Assembly (NCBI GenBank): GCA_963755125.1
Contig: CAVWIP010000011.1
Coordinates: 96,001 to 160,000, forward strand
DNA: 64,000 bases
Source of the DNA: an uncultured delta proteobacterium
GTDB taxonomy: Bacteria > Myxococcota_A > Polyangia > Fen-1088
Reading direction: 5' to 3'
This document shows, in pieces, positions 38,984 to 49,012 of the stretch. Every line of letters begins with the position of its first letter. Position 1 is the stretch's first letter. The position numbers and the translations under genes are program-made. Under the pieces are notes generated by a model, which saw nothing but the letters and a program-made list of their open reading frames with translations, did no database searches and was not told the DNA's origin.

Positions 38984-39178
38984 CTTGTTTCTCCTGCGAT
39001 CGAGACGAATTGAACGAAGCATGGTCCATATGGTCGGTGATGTAAACTACGGGTTCGAGCGGTGGGACATCGGGACATGATTTCCGGCCCTGCACGAAGG
39101 CTCAAGCGTGGCGGCACCGATCGCGACTGGCTTGACGCAACGATTCCGTCTATAATCGCGAATCAGCCTGGTCAGACA

Positions 39179-40084
39179 ATGCCTTCCCTCGCACACAGAA
39201 CCACCTGTCTCTCCTTGCACACGACCCGTGCACAGGCGCTGACGTTGCTGTTGGGACCGCTGCTTCTTGCGTGTGAGAGCGGGACACACATGAGAGACGT
39301 GGCCGCCCCGGTCACCCAGCGGGTTGCCGAGGTTTCAGTGCGCCTGGATGTACCCACGACCGGTGCGCCCGCCCTGTCGGTGCTCGCCTTCCGCGCGAAC
39401 GTGACTGACCATTCCGCGACGGACGTGCTGGGCGTGGTGGACCCCCTAGTGGCGCCCGCTCCCGACGGTCCCTGTGAGCTGCGGGACGTGGCCGGCCAGG
39501 CCCGTGCGCTTCGCGCCCAGGGCGGTGCGGTGAATCTCGAAGAGCTGGGTGGCGTGTCCGTAGTCGCCGGCCTGGATGGTCCCGGACTGCATCCCGCTCC
39601 GCGCGTTTATCCACCATTTGCCGAAGTCGTGGGCGGCGTGATCGCCGAGGCTGGCCCGGTGGATATCCTTGAGGTACCGCAGACACTCGCCCTGGACCTT
39701 CCCGGCCCCGCGAACCGGCCGGCCAAGGTCGTCCTGGCCGTGCCGGGCGCGCCGCGTGTCCTCGATCGAAACGAGGTGCCGCTGGCCACGGGAGCCCGTC
39801 TCGCGACCGCGGGCGATCTGGTGTTGCAGGTGACCGGGCCCGAGCGGACCTTTCTGGAGATCCGCCCCTATGGCGCACCGGTGGCGGTGGCCTGTGCCCC
39901 GGGCGCAGGAGGATTGGTCGTGGTGTCGCACGACCTTCTGACGCGCATGGCTGCTGCGGCGGGAGGGGTTCCGGTCTCGATCGAGGCCGTGTGGCGCGAT
40001 AGCCGCATGGTCGTGACCGCGATCCCGCCCACGCGTGTATCTGTGGAGGTGCGCTCCTCCACGGTGGTGGACCTGCGTCCGTGA
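39179..40084 (+). CDS. Hypothetical lipoprotein
   Basis: LLLAC lipobox; coupled to the downstream PilZ gene. Confidence 0.65.
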   Translation: MPSLAHRTTCLSLHTTRAQALTLLLGPLLLACESGTHMRDVAAPVTQRVAEVSVRLDVPTTGAPALSVLAFRANVTDHSATDVLGVVDPLVAPAPDGPCELRDVAGQARALRAQGGAVNLEELGGVSVVAGLDGPGLHPAPRVYPPFAEVVGGVIAEAGPVDILEVPQTLALDLPGPANRPAKVVLAVPGAPRVLDRNEVPLATGARLATAGDLVLQVTGPERTFLEIRPYGAPVAVACAPGAGGLVVVSHDLLTRMAAAAGGVPVSIEAVWRDSRMVVTAIPPTRVSVEVRSSTVVDLRP

Positions 40085-40455
40085 CTCCGCTCGGGCGCTG
40101 CGACACGCGGCGGTTTTCCCGCCGGGATGCCCTCCTGCCCGTGGTTGTCCGCGCTGCCGGCAACAAGGTCGAGGCCGGGATCAGGCTGAACACCGCCGAC
40201 CTGTCCGAGGGCGGGGTCTTCTTGCGCTCTGACCTCCTCTTCGAGGTGGGCGAGACCTTGAGTCTGGAGATCCCGTTGACGGCCGGCGAGACGCTGGCCG
40301 CCCGTGGCCGGGTTGCGTGGGTCACCCGGGGCGGAGGCGCCGAAGCGCCAGCGGGTATGGGAATCGAGTTCGAGAAGCTGTCAGCACAGGACCGTCGCCG
40401 CCTGACCCAAAGCCTGCGACGGCTGACCCAGCCGGCCGGCCGCAAATCCGCCTGA
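40081..40455 (+). CDS. PilZ-domain protein
   Basis: RRFSR, DLSEGGVF, GMGIEF. Confidence 0.88.
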   Translation: MTPLGRCDTRRFSRRDALLPVVVRAAGNKVEAGIRLNTADLSEGGVFLRSDLLFEVGETLSLEIPLTAGETLAARGRVAWVTRGGGAEAPAGMGIEFEKLSAQDRRRLTQSLRRLTQPAGRKSA

Positions 40456-40466
40456 AACGAGGAATC

Positions 40467-40808
40467 ATGCCCGAAACCCTGGATGAACTGACCTACGACT
40501 ACGAAGACGAGGGTGTGCTGGTCCGCAAGCAACTGGACAAGGTCGTCCTGACCAAGGGCTCGTGGGCCACCCTGATGTTCCTGTACCAGGAGCTGGACAA
40601 GGCGAGTGGCAAGTTCCGCGCGCCGAAAATGGCCATCGTACGCTTCAAGAAGTTCCACGGCTCGTATCGCAAGCAATCGTCGTTCAACGTGTCGAGCGAG
40701 AAACAGGCGCGCCAGATCACCGAGGTCTTCGAGCGCTGGTACGCCAAGATGGCGATGAGCGACGAGGCGGGCGAAGAAGAGTCCGCCGGCGGCGGCGAAG
40801 AAGGCTAG
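40467..40808 (+). CDS. Hypothetical protein
   Basis: Strong codon bias, GAGG RBS; LTKGSWAT...RKQSSFNVSS. Confidence 0.75.
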   Translation: MPETLDELTYDYEDEGVLVRKQLDKVVLTKGSWATLMFLYQELDKASGKFRAPKMAIVRFKKFHGSYRKQSSFNVSSEKQARQITEVFERWYAKMAMSDEAGEEESAGGGEEG

Positions 40809-41000
40809 CAAAGCGGTCGGAGTGCCCGTGACCATAACGGATCGCGAATGGGCACGATGTCAGGCGCACGAGGTCTTGTCGGCGGTCGCGTTTCGACGCG
40901 GAACTCCACACCCTCTTCCCCACGTTGGCTGACCCGTCTACACTGTGGCGATTAGCCGACCTTCACTTCCACGTCATCGGCAAACCTTGCGCAGGCCGAC

Positions 41001-42197
41001 ATGACTGAGAAACTTTCAAGCGCGAACGGATCTTCACCTAGCGCAACCCCGGCGGGGGTCGCGGCGAGCGCGATTCCGTTCAACCGTTCTGGCATCGAAG
41101 GTCGGGAACCCGATCACATCAGCCAGTCAGTTTCCATCGGTCAAATTTCCGGCGACCAGGGTTACTCGCGCAAGTGCCAGGCGCTACTCGAGCAGGTGCT
41201 GGGCGCGCCCAGGGTCTTTCTCACCACGTCCTGCACCCACGCGCTGGAACTAGCCGCGCTTCTCCTCGACATCGGGCCCGAGGACGAGGTCATCGTGCCG
41301 TCCTTCACCTTCGTCTCGACCGCCAACGCGTTCGTCCTGCGCGGCGCCCGTATTCGTTTCGCCGATATTCGCCCGGACACGCTCAACCTTGACGAGAACC
41401 GGATCGAGGCACTCATCACCTCGCGCACCCGCGCGATCGTTCCGGTTCACTATGCCGGTGTCGCATGTGAAATGGACTCCCTCTTGGCCATCGCGCGCAC
41501 ACGCCGAATTGCGATCGTCGAAGACAACGCCCACGGCCTGTTCGGCAAGTACAAGCAGCGCTGGCTGGGAACACTAGGTTCCCTCGCCACGCAGAGTTTT
41601 CACGAAACCAAGAACATCACCTGCGGTGAGGGCGGGGCTCTGGTGGTGAACGACCCTGCCTTCATCGAGCGGGCCGAGGTCATGCGCGAAAAGGGAACCA
41701 ACCGCAGCCGATTCTTCCGTGGCCAGATCGAAAAGTACTCCTGGGTGGACATCGGTTCGAGCTACGTGATGAGCGACGTCCTGGCCGCGTTCCTTTACGG
41801 TCAACTGGAAGTCTGGCGACAGATTCAGGACAAGCGCCAGAGGATCTGGCAGCGCTACCACGCCGAGCTGCGTGACTGGGCCTTGGCGCGAGACATCCGT
41901 TGCCCAATTGTGCCCGACGGCTGCGATCAGGCCTATCACCTGTACTACTTGATTCTTCCTTCCTTGCAGATTCGCCAAGCCCTCATTGCTTTTCTCCAGA
42001 CCCGAGGAATCCTGGCAGTCTTTCACTACCTGCCGCTACACCTGTCGCCCATGGGCCAGAGGTTGGGTGGCCGGCCGGGCGCCTGCCCGGTGAGCGAAAC
42101 CATGAGCGATCGTCTGTTGCGACTGCCATTCTTCAATTCATTTGATCCGGCGTCCCAGGGACGAGTGATCGATGCCATCCGCGAATTTCGATTCTAG
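41001..42197 (+). CDS. wecE: dTDP-4-amino-4,6-dideoxygalactose transaminase
   Basis: IPFN, TTSCTHALE, HYAGVAC, SFHETKN, EKGTNR, DIGSSY. Confidence 0.93.
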   Translation: MTEKLSSANGSSPSATPAGVAASAIPFNRSGIEGREPDHISQSVSIGQISGDQGYSRKCQALLEQVLGAPRVFLTTSCTHALELAALLLDIGPEDEVIVPSFTFVSTANAFVLRGARIRFADIRPDTLNLDENRIEALITSRTRAIVPVHYAGVACEMDSLLAIARTRRIAIVEDNAHGLFGKYKQRWLGTLGSLATQSFHETKNITCGEGGALVVNDPAFIERAEVMREKGTNRSRFFRGQIEKYSWVDIGSSYVMSDVLAAFLYGQLEVWRQIQDKRQRIWQRYHAELRDWALARDIRCPIVPDGCDQAYHLYYLILPSLQIRQALIAFLQTRGILAVFHYLPLHLSPMGQRLGGRPGACPVSETMSDRLLRLPFFNSFDPASQGRVIDAIREFRF

Positions 42198-43134
42198 CGA
42201 ACGAATAGACCTTTCGGTGGTCGTGCCCGTGTATCGGGGCGCGCCCTTCCTGCGCGAACTGCACCGCAGGCTGGTTGCCACGCTTGAGCCTTTGTTCCCG
42301 CGCTTCGAGATCGTCCTGGTTGAGGACGGCGGCCCCGACGAATCGTGGAGCCTCATCGAAGACCTCGCGCGCCACGACGCCCGCGTGCGCGGCGTCGCCT
42401 TGAGCCGCAACTTCGGTCAGCACCATGCCATCACCGCGGGCCTGCGCCAGGCGCGCGGGCAGTGGATCGTGGTCATGGACGGCGACCTTCAGGATCCGCC
42501 CGAGGAGATCGCCAAGCTTTGGGCCAAGGCGCAGGAGGGCCATGACTGCGTGCTGGCACGCCGGGTCCGGCGGGACGACCCTTCGGGGATGCGCCTGTCA
42601 TCCTGGCTGTTCTACCGGGTCTTTAATTACCTGGCCGACCTCAACTACCGCTACGACGGCACGGTGGCGAACTTCAGTATCATCTCGAGGCGCGTCGCCA
42701 ACGCCATCAACGATATGGGCGAAGCCGTCCGCTTCTACGGCGGTTTCCTCACCTGGACCGGATTCGCCAAAGCCTATGTCGACGTCACGCACGTGCGCCG
42801 CCCCAGCGGTGAATCGGGCTACACCTTCTTCAAGCTGACGAAACTTGCCACCAATATCATCCTGGCTCACTCCAACAAGCCGCTCAGGCTGTGCGTGTAC
42901 GCGGGCTTGCTGCTCTCCGCGCTCGCCTTCGTGAGCGGGCTGGTTCACATTGTGCGTGTGCTGATGCACGGCTCTCCCGTGATGGGGTGGACCAGCCTGA
43001 TCGTGTCGGTCTGGTTCGGCACGGGTGCCATCATCCTGGCCCTGGGCATCCTCGGCCTGTACATCGACCGCATCTTCACCGAGGTCAAGCACCGGCCCCT
43101 GTACGTCGTGCGAAAGACTACCTTCGATGAGTGA
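42172..43134 (+). CDS. GT2 polyprenol-phosphate glycosyltransferase (GtrB/ArnC-like)
   Basis: LSRNFGQ, MDGDLQDPPE, two C-terminal TM helices, RPLY. Confidence 0.92.
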   Translation: MPSANFDSSERIDLSVVVPVYRGAPFLRELHRRLVATLEPLFPRFEIVLVEDGGPDESWSLIEDLARHDARVRGVALSRNFGQHHAITAGLRQARGQWIVVMDGDLQDPPEEIAKLWAKAQEGHDCVLARRVRRDDPSGMRLSSWLFYRVFNYLADLNYRYDGTVANFSIISRRVANAINDMGEAVRFYGGFLTWTGFAKAYVDVTHVRRPSGESGYTFFKLTKLATNIILAHSNKPLRLCVYAGLLLSALAFVSGLVHIVRVLMHGSPVMGWTSLIVSVWFGTGAIILALGILGLYIDRIFTEVKHRPLYVVRKTTFDE

Positions 43135-43287
43135 CCCGGCCGCTGTACCTCGCGCTCGACAGCCAGCGCTTCGGAATCCGCATGTTTCGTGGATGCGCGG
43201 ACACCGTCGCGGCCGCTTCAGTGCAAGGCGAATGCCCCTGCGATGTCGCGGCTGTTGGCCTTGGAACCCCGAAGGAGATTAGGCACT

Positions 43288-44088
43288 ATGAGTGACAGCG
43301 AGTCTAGCCTCGACCAAATACGTGAATATTGGACACGACAGGCGCTAGAACATGGCCAATCATCCGCAGCATCATGGTCTGATTTCTCTGCTATTGAAAT
43401 GGAAATCCGCGAAATTCTCAAGTACTTGCTCGATGGCGAGCGCGTTCTGGATATTGGATGTGCCAATGGATACTCCACCATTCAATTTGCCACGCAAAAA
43501 CGGATCGTCATACGTGGTCTGGATCTTATTCCTGAAATGATCACTGAGGCCCGCGCACGCCTAATGGAGGTCATGACTCAATTGCGCGGGACGGTTGATT
43601 TTGATCTTGGCAATATTGCCGGATTGAATGAACCTGACAATACCTATGACAAGGTGGTCGTTGTCCGCGTAGTTATTAATCTAGGGAACTGGGCTCAGCA
43701 GCTACAAGGGTTAGGGGAGTGTATCCGGGTGTTGAAACCGGGGGGATTGCTGTTGCTGTCGGAAGCCACCCTCCAAGGCTGGCGGCAACTAAATGCATTT
43801 CGTCACGAATGGAAGCTGCCCCAGATTCCCATGCCGCCCTTTAATCGTTACCTGGACCAAGAAGAGGTCTGCAAAGCAGTTGCTCCCAGACTTGAGTTGG
43901 TCGACCTTGTAAACTTCGCAAGTACATATTACGTGGGCACTCGAGTCATCAAGCCTTTGCTTGCTCAGGCCTTAGGAGTAGCAGTCGACGTTGCTAATCC
44001 CAAGATGGAGTGGAATCGATGGTTTGCGCAATTGCCGGCGCGGGGCGATTACGGAACCCAGAAACTGTTTGTATTTAGAAAGAGATGA
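43288..44088 (+). CDS. Class I SAM methyltransferase (visibly AT-richer)
   Basis: VLDIGCANG, RVLKPGG. Confidence 0.88.
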   Translation: MSDSESSLDQIREYWTRQALEHGQSSAASWSDFSAIEMEIREILKYLLDGERVLDIGCANGYSTIQFATQKRIVIRGLDLIPEMITEARARLMEVMTQLRGTVDFDLGNIAGLNEPDNTYDKVVVVRVVINLGNWAQQLQGLGECIRVLKPGGLLLLSEATLQGWRQLNAFRHEWKLPQIPMPPFNRYLDQEEVCKAVAPRLELVDLVNFASTYYVGTRVIKPLLAQALGVAVDVANPKMEWNRWFAQLPARGDYGTQKLFVFRKR

Positions 44089-44159
44089 CATCTGAGGCTC
44101 CTTTTGCTGGCTACCCAACGCTAAGTAAGGGCTCGGCGCGCTTCGTCCAGACAACCCAA

Positions 44160-44882
44160 TCAGCGCGCTGATGTCCTCGGCGCTGCCTTGGGCTTCGTGA
44201 TGTCGGGCGGGCGGCCGTAGCGGGGCACGCTGGTTTCGAGATCGTCGTGCTCGCCACGCGCCAAGCGCGCGAGGGCCAGCCGGCCTACGGCCAGGGCGCT
44301 GGGACCTGCGACCTGGAAGCGCACGGCCTGTGCACCGAGCTGCGCGCGAAAGACGTCCTGATAGCGGTCCACCCCGTTGCCTCCGGCCACCACCGCTGCG
44401 CCGGCGGCCTGCTCCTGCACCGCCCGGCAGACATCATCAGGCCGAAGTGCGATCTCGTCGGTACTGATGGGCGCAGGCGCTTGGCCAGCCACACGATAGA
44501 GGCGGCCGTAAACTTGGCCCTTGCCCGCATCGATACAGGGCAGGACCAGACTTTCTCCCCCAAAACCCGCCAGGTCGGCAGCCAGCGCATCGAGTGACGA
44601 CACCAGCACCAACGGAATCCTGTCGGCCAGGGCCAGGCCCTTGGCCACAGCGAGCCCCACGCGCAGACCGGTGAAGCCGCCCGGGCCGGCCCCGCACGCG
44701 ATCGCGGCTAGGTTCGCCACAGTCACGCCGGTCGCGCGCAGAACCTCGTCGCACAGACGCAGCAGATTGGATGAATGGCGGGCCGCCACTTTCTCGGCCA
44801 TGGCCAGGCAGTCCCCCGTGGGTGAAAGCGCGGCGACCCGCGCGCAGGGGGTCGAGGTGTCGAAGGCAAGCACCGGGCGCAT
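44160..44882 (-). CDS. tsaB: tRNA threonylcarbamoyladenosine biosynthesis protein TsaB
   Basis: LAFDTST, HS, GPGGFTGLRVG, IDA. Confidence 0.95.
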   Translation of the reverse strand: MRPVLAFDTSTPCARVAALSPTGDCLAMAEKVAARHSSNLLRLCDEVLRATGVTVANLAAIACGAGPGGFTGLRVGLAVAKGLALADRIPLVLVSSLDALAADLAGFGGESLVLPCIDAGKGQVYGRLYRVAGQAPAPISTDEIALRPDDVCRAVQEQAAGAAVVAGGNGVDRYQDVFRAQLGAQAVRFQVAGPSALAVGRLALARLARGEHDDLETSVPRYGRPPDITKPKAAPRTSAR

Positions 44883-44889
44883 GGATTCC

Positions 44890-46554
44890 TCAGCGTGGCA
44901 GCAGAAAGCGAACGATGTCGTTCTTGAGCGCAAAAGCCACCAGCAGCACCACCAACACCGTGCCCACGTAGGAGGCCACCGCGCGCGCCCGCACCGAGGG
45001 CGGGCGCCGTTTGAACAGCTCGATGGTGATGAACATGAGCCGGCCGCCGTCGAGGATGGGGATGGGCAAGAAGTTGAGCAGGCCGATGTTGATGGACAGA
45101 AGCGCCATCAACCACAAGTACTGGGCCAGGCCCTGCTCGGCCGCCACACCCGCCGCGTAGCCGATGGTCAAGGGCCCGCCCAGCGCCTCGGGCGACATCT
45201 CGCCGCGAATGATCTGGAAAAAACCCTGCGCCGTGAACATGACGATCTCGCCGGTGCGCTCGAAGGCGTGCCCCACGGCATAGAAGAAGCGACTGCGAAT
45301 GGGCACCGGGTCCGCCGTCTTCCACGCAAAACGGTTGGTGGCGCCGAACACCAGACGCTGCTCTTCCTGGTGATAGGCGTCCAGCTGGGAGCGCGCTTCC
45401 TGCTTGAAGGTCGCCTGGTGGCGCACCCCGCCCGGCGACACCCAGGTCAGCTTGAACTCGCGTTGCGGTTCTTGCGCCAGGCGCTGGCGCAGAAGGTTCC
45501 AGTGCAGCAGCGGCTCGCCGTCCAGTTCCAGCACCTGATCCCCGCGCCGCAGTCCGATGCGATCGGCAGGGCTGCCCGGCTCGACCGAGTAGACGAACAA
45601 CTCGGAAGCCTGGATGCCGGTGTCGTAGCGTCGGCCGCTCACCGGATCGATCACGGGCTGGGGAATGACCACCGCGGTGCCGGGCTCCTGGATCTCCACG
45701 TGCACAAAGGGCAGCGCCGAGTGCGTCCCGCGCAGGTACGAGATGCGCAGGGGCGAGGCCCCCGCACGCGCCACCGCACGCTCGAACTCGCTCCAGTGCG
45801 ACACCGGCGTGCCATTCACCGATGTGACGTAGTCGAAGGTTCGCAGCCCGGCCTGGGCCGCCGGCGAGGTCAAATCGATGATGCCGACCTCGGGCAACTG
45901 GAAACGCGGCGAGACCCCGATCCATCCCACCGTCTCCTTCATGTTGAGCGGCCCACGCCGCTCCCAGCGCGCTGGCGTCACGTCGCGCTCCTCGGCCTCG
46001 ATACCACGTCGGATGCCGAAGCGCAGGGTCTTGCCAGGCGCGGCGCTGATCGCCTCGTCCAGCTCTTCCCAGTAGCGGATGTAGCGCCCGTCCACGGTCT
46101 CGATGCGATCACCGGGCATGAGTCCGGCGTTGGCAGCCGGCAGTCCCGCGATGACCGTGCCCAGGGTGGGTGGCAGCAGCGTGCGCTGACCGAGGTAGTG
46201 CACGAAGTAGATGCCGATGGGCAGGATCAAGTTGAACAGCGGCCCGGCCATCACGATGGCGAAGCGTTGCCAGAGAGGTTTGCTGCACAGGGCGCGTTCG
46301 CGATCTCTTTCGGCCAAGGGCTCACCTGCTTCCTCACCCACCAGACGCACGTAGCCGCCCAACGGGAAAAAGAGCGAGAGACGGTACTCGGTGGCGCCGA
46401 CGGTGAGGCTGAACAGCTTGGGTCCGAAACCAAGCGAAAAACGCAACACCTTGACCCCGAACAGCTTGGCCACCAGAAAGTGCCCCAGTTCGTGCGCCAG
46501 GATGAGCACACCGAGCAGCGCCACCACGGCAGCAGTCCACAGCGCGAGCGTCAT
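44890..46554 (-). CDS. rseP: RIP metalloprotease RseP (M50, PDZ domains)
   Basis: HELGH, GFGP, PLGGYV, AGP, NFLPIPILDGG. Confidence 0.95.
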   Translation of the reverse strand: MTLALWTAAVVALLGVLILAHELGHFLVAKLFGVKVLRFSLGFGPKLFSLTVGATEYRLSLFFPLGGYVRLVGEEAGEPLAERDRERALCSKPLWQRFAIVMAGPLFNLILPIGIYFVHYLGQRTLLPPTLGTVIAGLPAANAGLMPGDRIETVDGRYIRYWEELDEAISAAPGKTLRFGIRRGIEAEERDVTPARWERRGPLNMKETVGWIGVSPRFQLPEVGIIDLTSPAAQAGLRTFDYVTSVNGTPVSHWSEFERAVARAGASPLRISYLRGTHSALPFVHVEIQEPGTAVVIPQPVIDPVSGRRYDTGIQASELFVYSVEPGSPADRIGLRRGDQVLELDGEPLLHWNLLRQRLAQEPQREFKLTWVSPGGVRHQATFKQEARSQLDAYHQEEQRLVFGATNRFAWKTADPVPIRSRFFYAVGHAFERTGEIVMFTAQGFFQIIRGEMSPEALGGPLTIGYAAGVAAEQGLAQYLWLMALLSINIGLLNFLPIPILDGGRLMFITIELFKRRPPSVRARAVASYVGTVLVVLLVAFALKNDIVRFLLPR

Positions 46555-46680
46555 CCGCTTGTTCTCTCGATGGTCATGGTTGTATTGCGCCCGGCCATGC
46601 TGACAGCTCTCAACGACTGTCTCTTAGCACGCATGCGCGCCGATGTAGATCCCGGCGCGCCCTGGCTATAAGATCTTCCT

Positions 46681-47496
46681 GTGAAGAAGGGTCCGGCTTT
46701 CAGTTTCGAGATCTCGCGCGATGCCATCGACGCGCGGCTGACCGAGATGGAGCGGAAGCTGGAGCGCATGCGCGGGTTGTACGAGTCCTTCTTCATGGGC
46801 GTGGAACGTTCACCGCCCGAGGTGATCCGCCGCGACCTGAACCGCCAGATCCTCGAGATGCAGCAGGTGCCTATCAGCAACGCTTCACTGCGTTTCCGGT
46901 ATCAGGCCCTGACTCAACGCTGGGTTCTGCTCGTCACCTACTGGAACCGCACCATGCGCGAAATCGAGGCGGGAACCTTCAGCCGCGACATGGCCAAGGC
47001 GAAGCGCCACATGGCCCAGCAAGGCTCCTCGGTAATCACCTTGGAGGAGGCGCTGGCCATGGGCATTCCCGAGAGGCGGGCAAAGGCTTTCGTGGCCCAC
47101 CAGCAGGCCGTACAGGACAGACGCGCGGCCGCGGCCAAGGCTACGACAACCAGCGCAGCGCCGGTCCAGACCGCCGAGCCCCCAGCCCGTGCGGAAGTAA
47201 CAGAGCCGAAAGTCGTACCGCCCGCTCCGCAGGCGGCGGGCGAAGAGTCAGGTGAGCCGCCGCCTCTGCCCGGGCTCGCCGAGGCTGAGATGCAGGACGC
47301 CTACCGCCGTTATCTCGAAGCGCACCAGAAGACGGGCGCCGCGAGCCCGCCACCCAGCATGAACAAGCTGCGCCGGCGCCTGGCCAAGCAACTCCCCCAG
47401 GTTCTTGCGGCGAACAACTGCTCGCGCGTTCGGCTGGAGATCGCAGTCGACGACGGCAAGGTTCACCTGCGTGCCTGGCCGGTAAAGGAGTCGTAA
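46681..47496 (+). CDS. MXAN_5187-like myxobacterial protein
   Basis: YESFFMGVERSPP, RFRY, YWNR..REIE; C-terminal V.DGKV.L. Confidence 0.7.
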   Translation: MKKGPAFSFEISRDAIDARLTEMERKLERMRGLYESFFMGVERSPPEVIRRDLNRQILEMQQVPISNASLRFRYQALTQRWVLLVTYWNRTMREIEAGTFSRDMAKAKRHMAQQGSSVITLEEALAMGIPERRAKAFVAHQQAVQDRRAAAAKATTTSAAPVQTAEPPARAEVTEPKVVPPAPQAAGEESGEPPPLPGLAEAEMQDAYRRYLEAHQKTGAASPPPSMNKLRRRLAKQLPQVLAANNCSRVRLEIAVDDGKVHLRAWPVKES

Positions 47497-47526
47497 CCGC
47501 AGGGCGTCTCTGCAGGACCGGGGCTT

Positions 47527-47551
47527 GCTTAGCTAACACAGCTTAGCTAAG
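47527..47551. promoter_or_regulatory. Tandem palindromic operator of vapBC
   Basis: GCTTAGCTAA at 47527 and 47541, each with a TTAGCTAA palindrome core. Confidence 0.75.
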
Positions 47552-47560
47552 ATATGAACT

Positions 47561-47791
47561 ATGCGCACGACGATCCACGCAGCCAAGACGGATCTCTCGC
47601 GGCTCATCAAGAGGGCCTGTGCCGGCGAAGAGGTCGTGATCGCCCGTGGCGACACGCCCGTGGTCCGTTTGGTTCCCCTGGACACGCCGCCACGCAAGCG
47701 CAGGTTCGGCGCACTCAGGGGCAAGGCGCGCACCACCGCGGCGTTTTTCGAGCCGCTTCCAGCCAACGAGCTTGACGTCTGGGAGAAGTGA
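47561..47791 (+). CDS. vapB: Phd/YefM family antitoxin
   Basis: IHAAKT.LSRLI...GEEVVIARGDTPVVRLVP. Confidence 0.92.
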   Translation: MRTTIHAAKTDLSRLIKRACAGEEVVIARGDTPVVRLVPLDTPPRKRRFGALRGKARTTAAFFEPLPANELDVWEK

Positions 47792-47794
47792 CAG

Positions 47795-48181
47795 GTGAGG
47801 GTGCTGCTCGACACGCACGCCTTGCTTTGGTGGCTGGATGGTGACCGCCGCCTGTCCCAGCGCGCGCGACGCCTCATCGGCAACGACGAAACCACTGTGC
47901 TGGTCAGCGCCGCGTCGGCCTGGGAGATTTGCACCAAGTTCCGCCTGGGCAGACTGCCCGGCGCGGCAGCGGTAGCCGCTGATGTGACGGGATGCCTCGA
48001 TGGCCAGGGCTTCCTGCCCCTGCCCATTACGGTCGACCACGCCCAGCGCGCCGGCAGCCTGCCTGGTCCCCACCGCGATCCCTTTGACCGGGTCCTGATT
48101 GCACAAGCGCAAGCAGAGGACTTGCCGCTGGTTACCGTGGACCCCGTGTTCAGACTCTACGGAATGAAGCTCATCTGGTAG
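47795..48181 (+). CDS. vapC: PIN-domain toxin
   Basis: LLDTHALLW, SAWEI, HRDPFDR, TVD. Confidence 0.95.
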   Translation: MRVLLDTHALLWWLDGDRRLSQRARRLIGNDETTVLVSAASAWEICTKFRLGRLPGAAAVAADVTGCLDGQGFLPLPITVDHAQRAGSLPGPHRDPFDRVLIAQAQAEDLPLVTVDPVFRLYGMKLIW

Positions 48182-48288
48182 TCCGGCTGACTCGACGCTT
48201 GCTCAAAGCCGCTCGCCAAGAAAACGGCGCAGCCTGGTCGAGATCGAGCGACCGGGACCCCGCGGCGGCGCGTGGCCAAGCGCGACGG

Positions 48289-48561
48289 CAGTTCTGGAAG
48301 CTTCCTGGAGCCTCGACCAAGCAGCATCCGGCTCCTTTTCCCTTGGAACTCGCCGACCGGCTGGTACGTATGTTTTCGTTCGTCGAAGACACCATCCTCG
48401 ATCCATTTGCTGGCACGGGAACGACCCTGTTGGCCGCGGCTGAGGCATCCCGCAACGCCATTGGCGTCGAAATCGATCCGCACTACCACCGTCTCGCCAA
48501 GGACCGACTGAAGGCGGTCGGCGGCTTGTTTAGCAAGATCACCGTGGAGATCGTCGGCTGA
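48289..48561 (+). pseudogene. C-terminal fragment of an N4/N6 DNA methyltransferase
   Basis: WKLPGASTKQHPAPFP, ILDPFAGTGTT, GVEID; catalytic N-terminal half absent. Confidence 0.8.
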
Positions 48562-48706
48562 CCCGGCCTCACCCTGGCTGCCTTGGCCGCCTTCACAAGC
48601 CGCCAACCGGCGCCGGGCAGACATTCTAGTCGGGCGTGACCGGCGCCGTCCGGTGTGGCAACTTGCGGCCATGCCGGCCCCGACCAGCCCACGCAAGCAA
48701 TCGCTC

Positions 48707-49012
48707 ATGCCGTCCACGCCCCTGCGCCGCTTGCTGCGCGCCCACGGCCATGCCCTGCCGGCGGTCGTGCGGATCGGCAAGGCCGGAACCAACCCGGCGG
48801 TCATCGCCCAGGTCGCGCGAGCGCTCTTCGACCACGAGCTGATCAAGGTCAAGCTGGCCCGCGAATGTCCGGAGACGCGCTTCGAGGTGGCCGAACGCCT
48901 GGGCCAAGGCCCGGGTGTCAACGTCGTGCAGATCGTCGGACGCACCATCCTGCTCTACAAGCGCCACCCCAAACAACCGCGTTTCGAGGGCGAAGCGGCT
49001 CTCTCCCTCTGA
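48707..49012 (+). CDS. yhbY: YhbY/CRM RNA-binding protein
   Basis: LRAHGHAL..V.IGKAG, HELIKVK, QIVGRTILLY. Confidence 0.92.
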   Translation: MPSTPLRRLLRAHGHALPAVVRIGKAGTNPAVIAQVARALFDHELIKVKLARECPETRFEVAERLGQGPGVNVVQIVGRTILLYKRHPKQPRFEGEAALSL

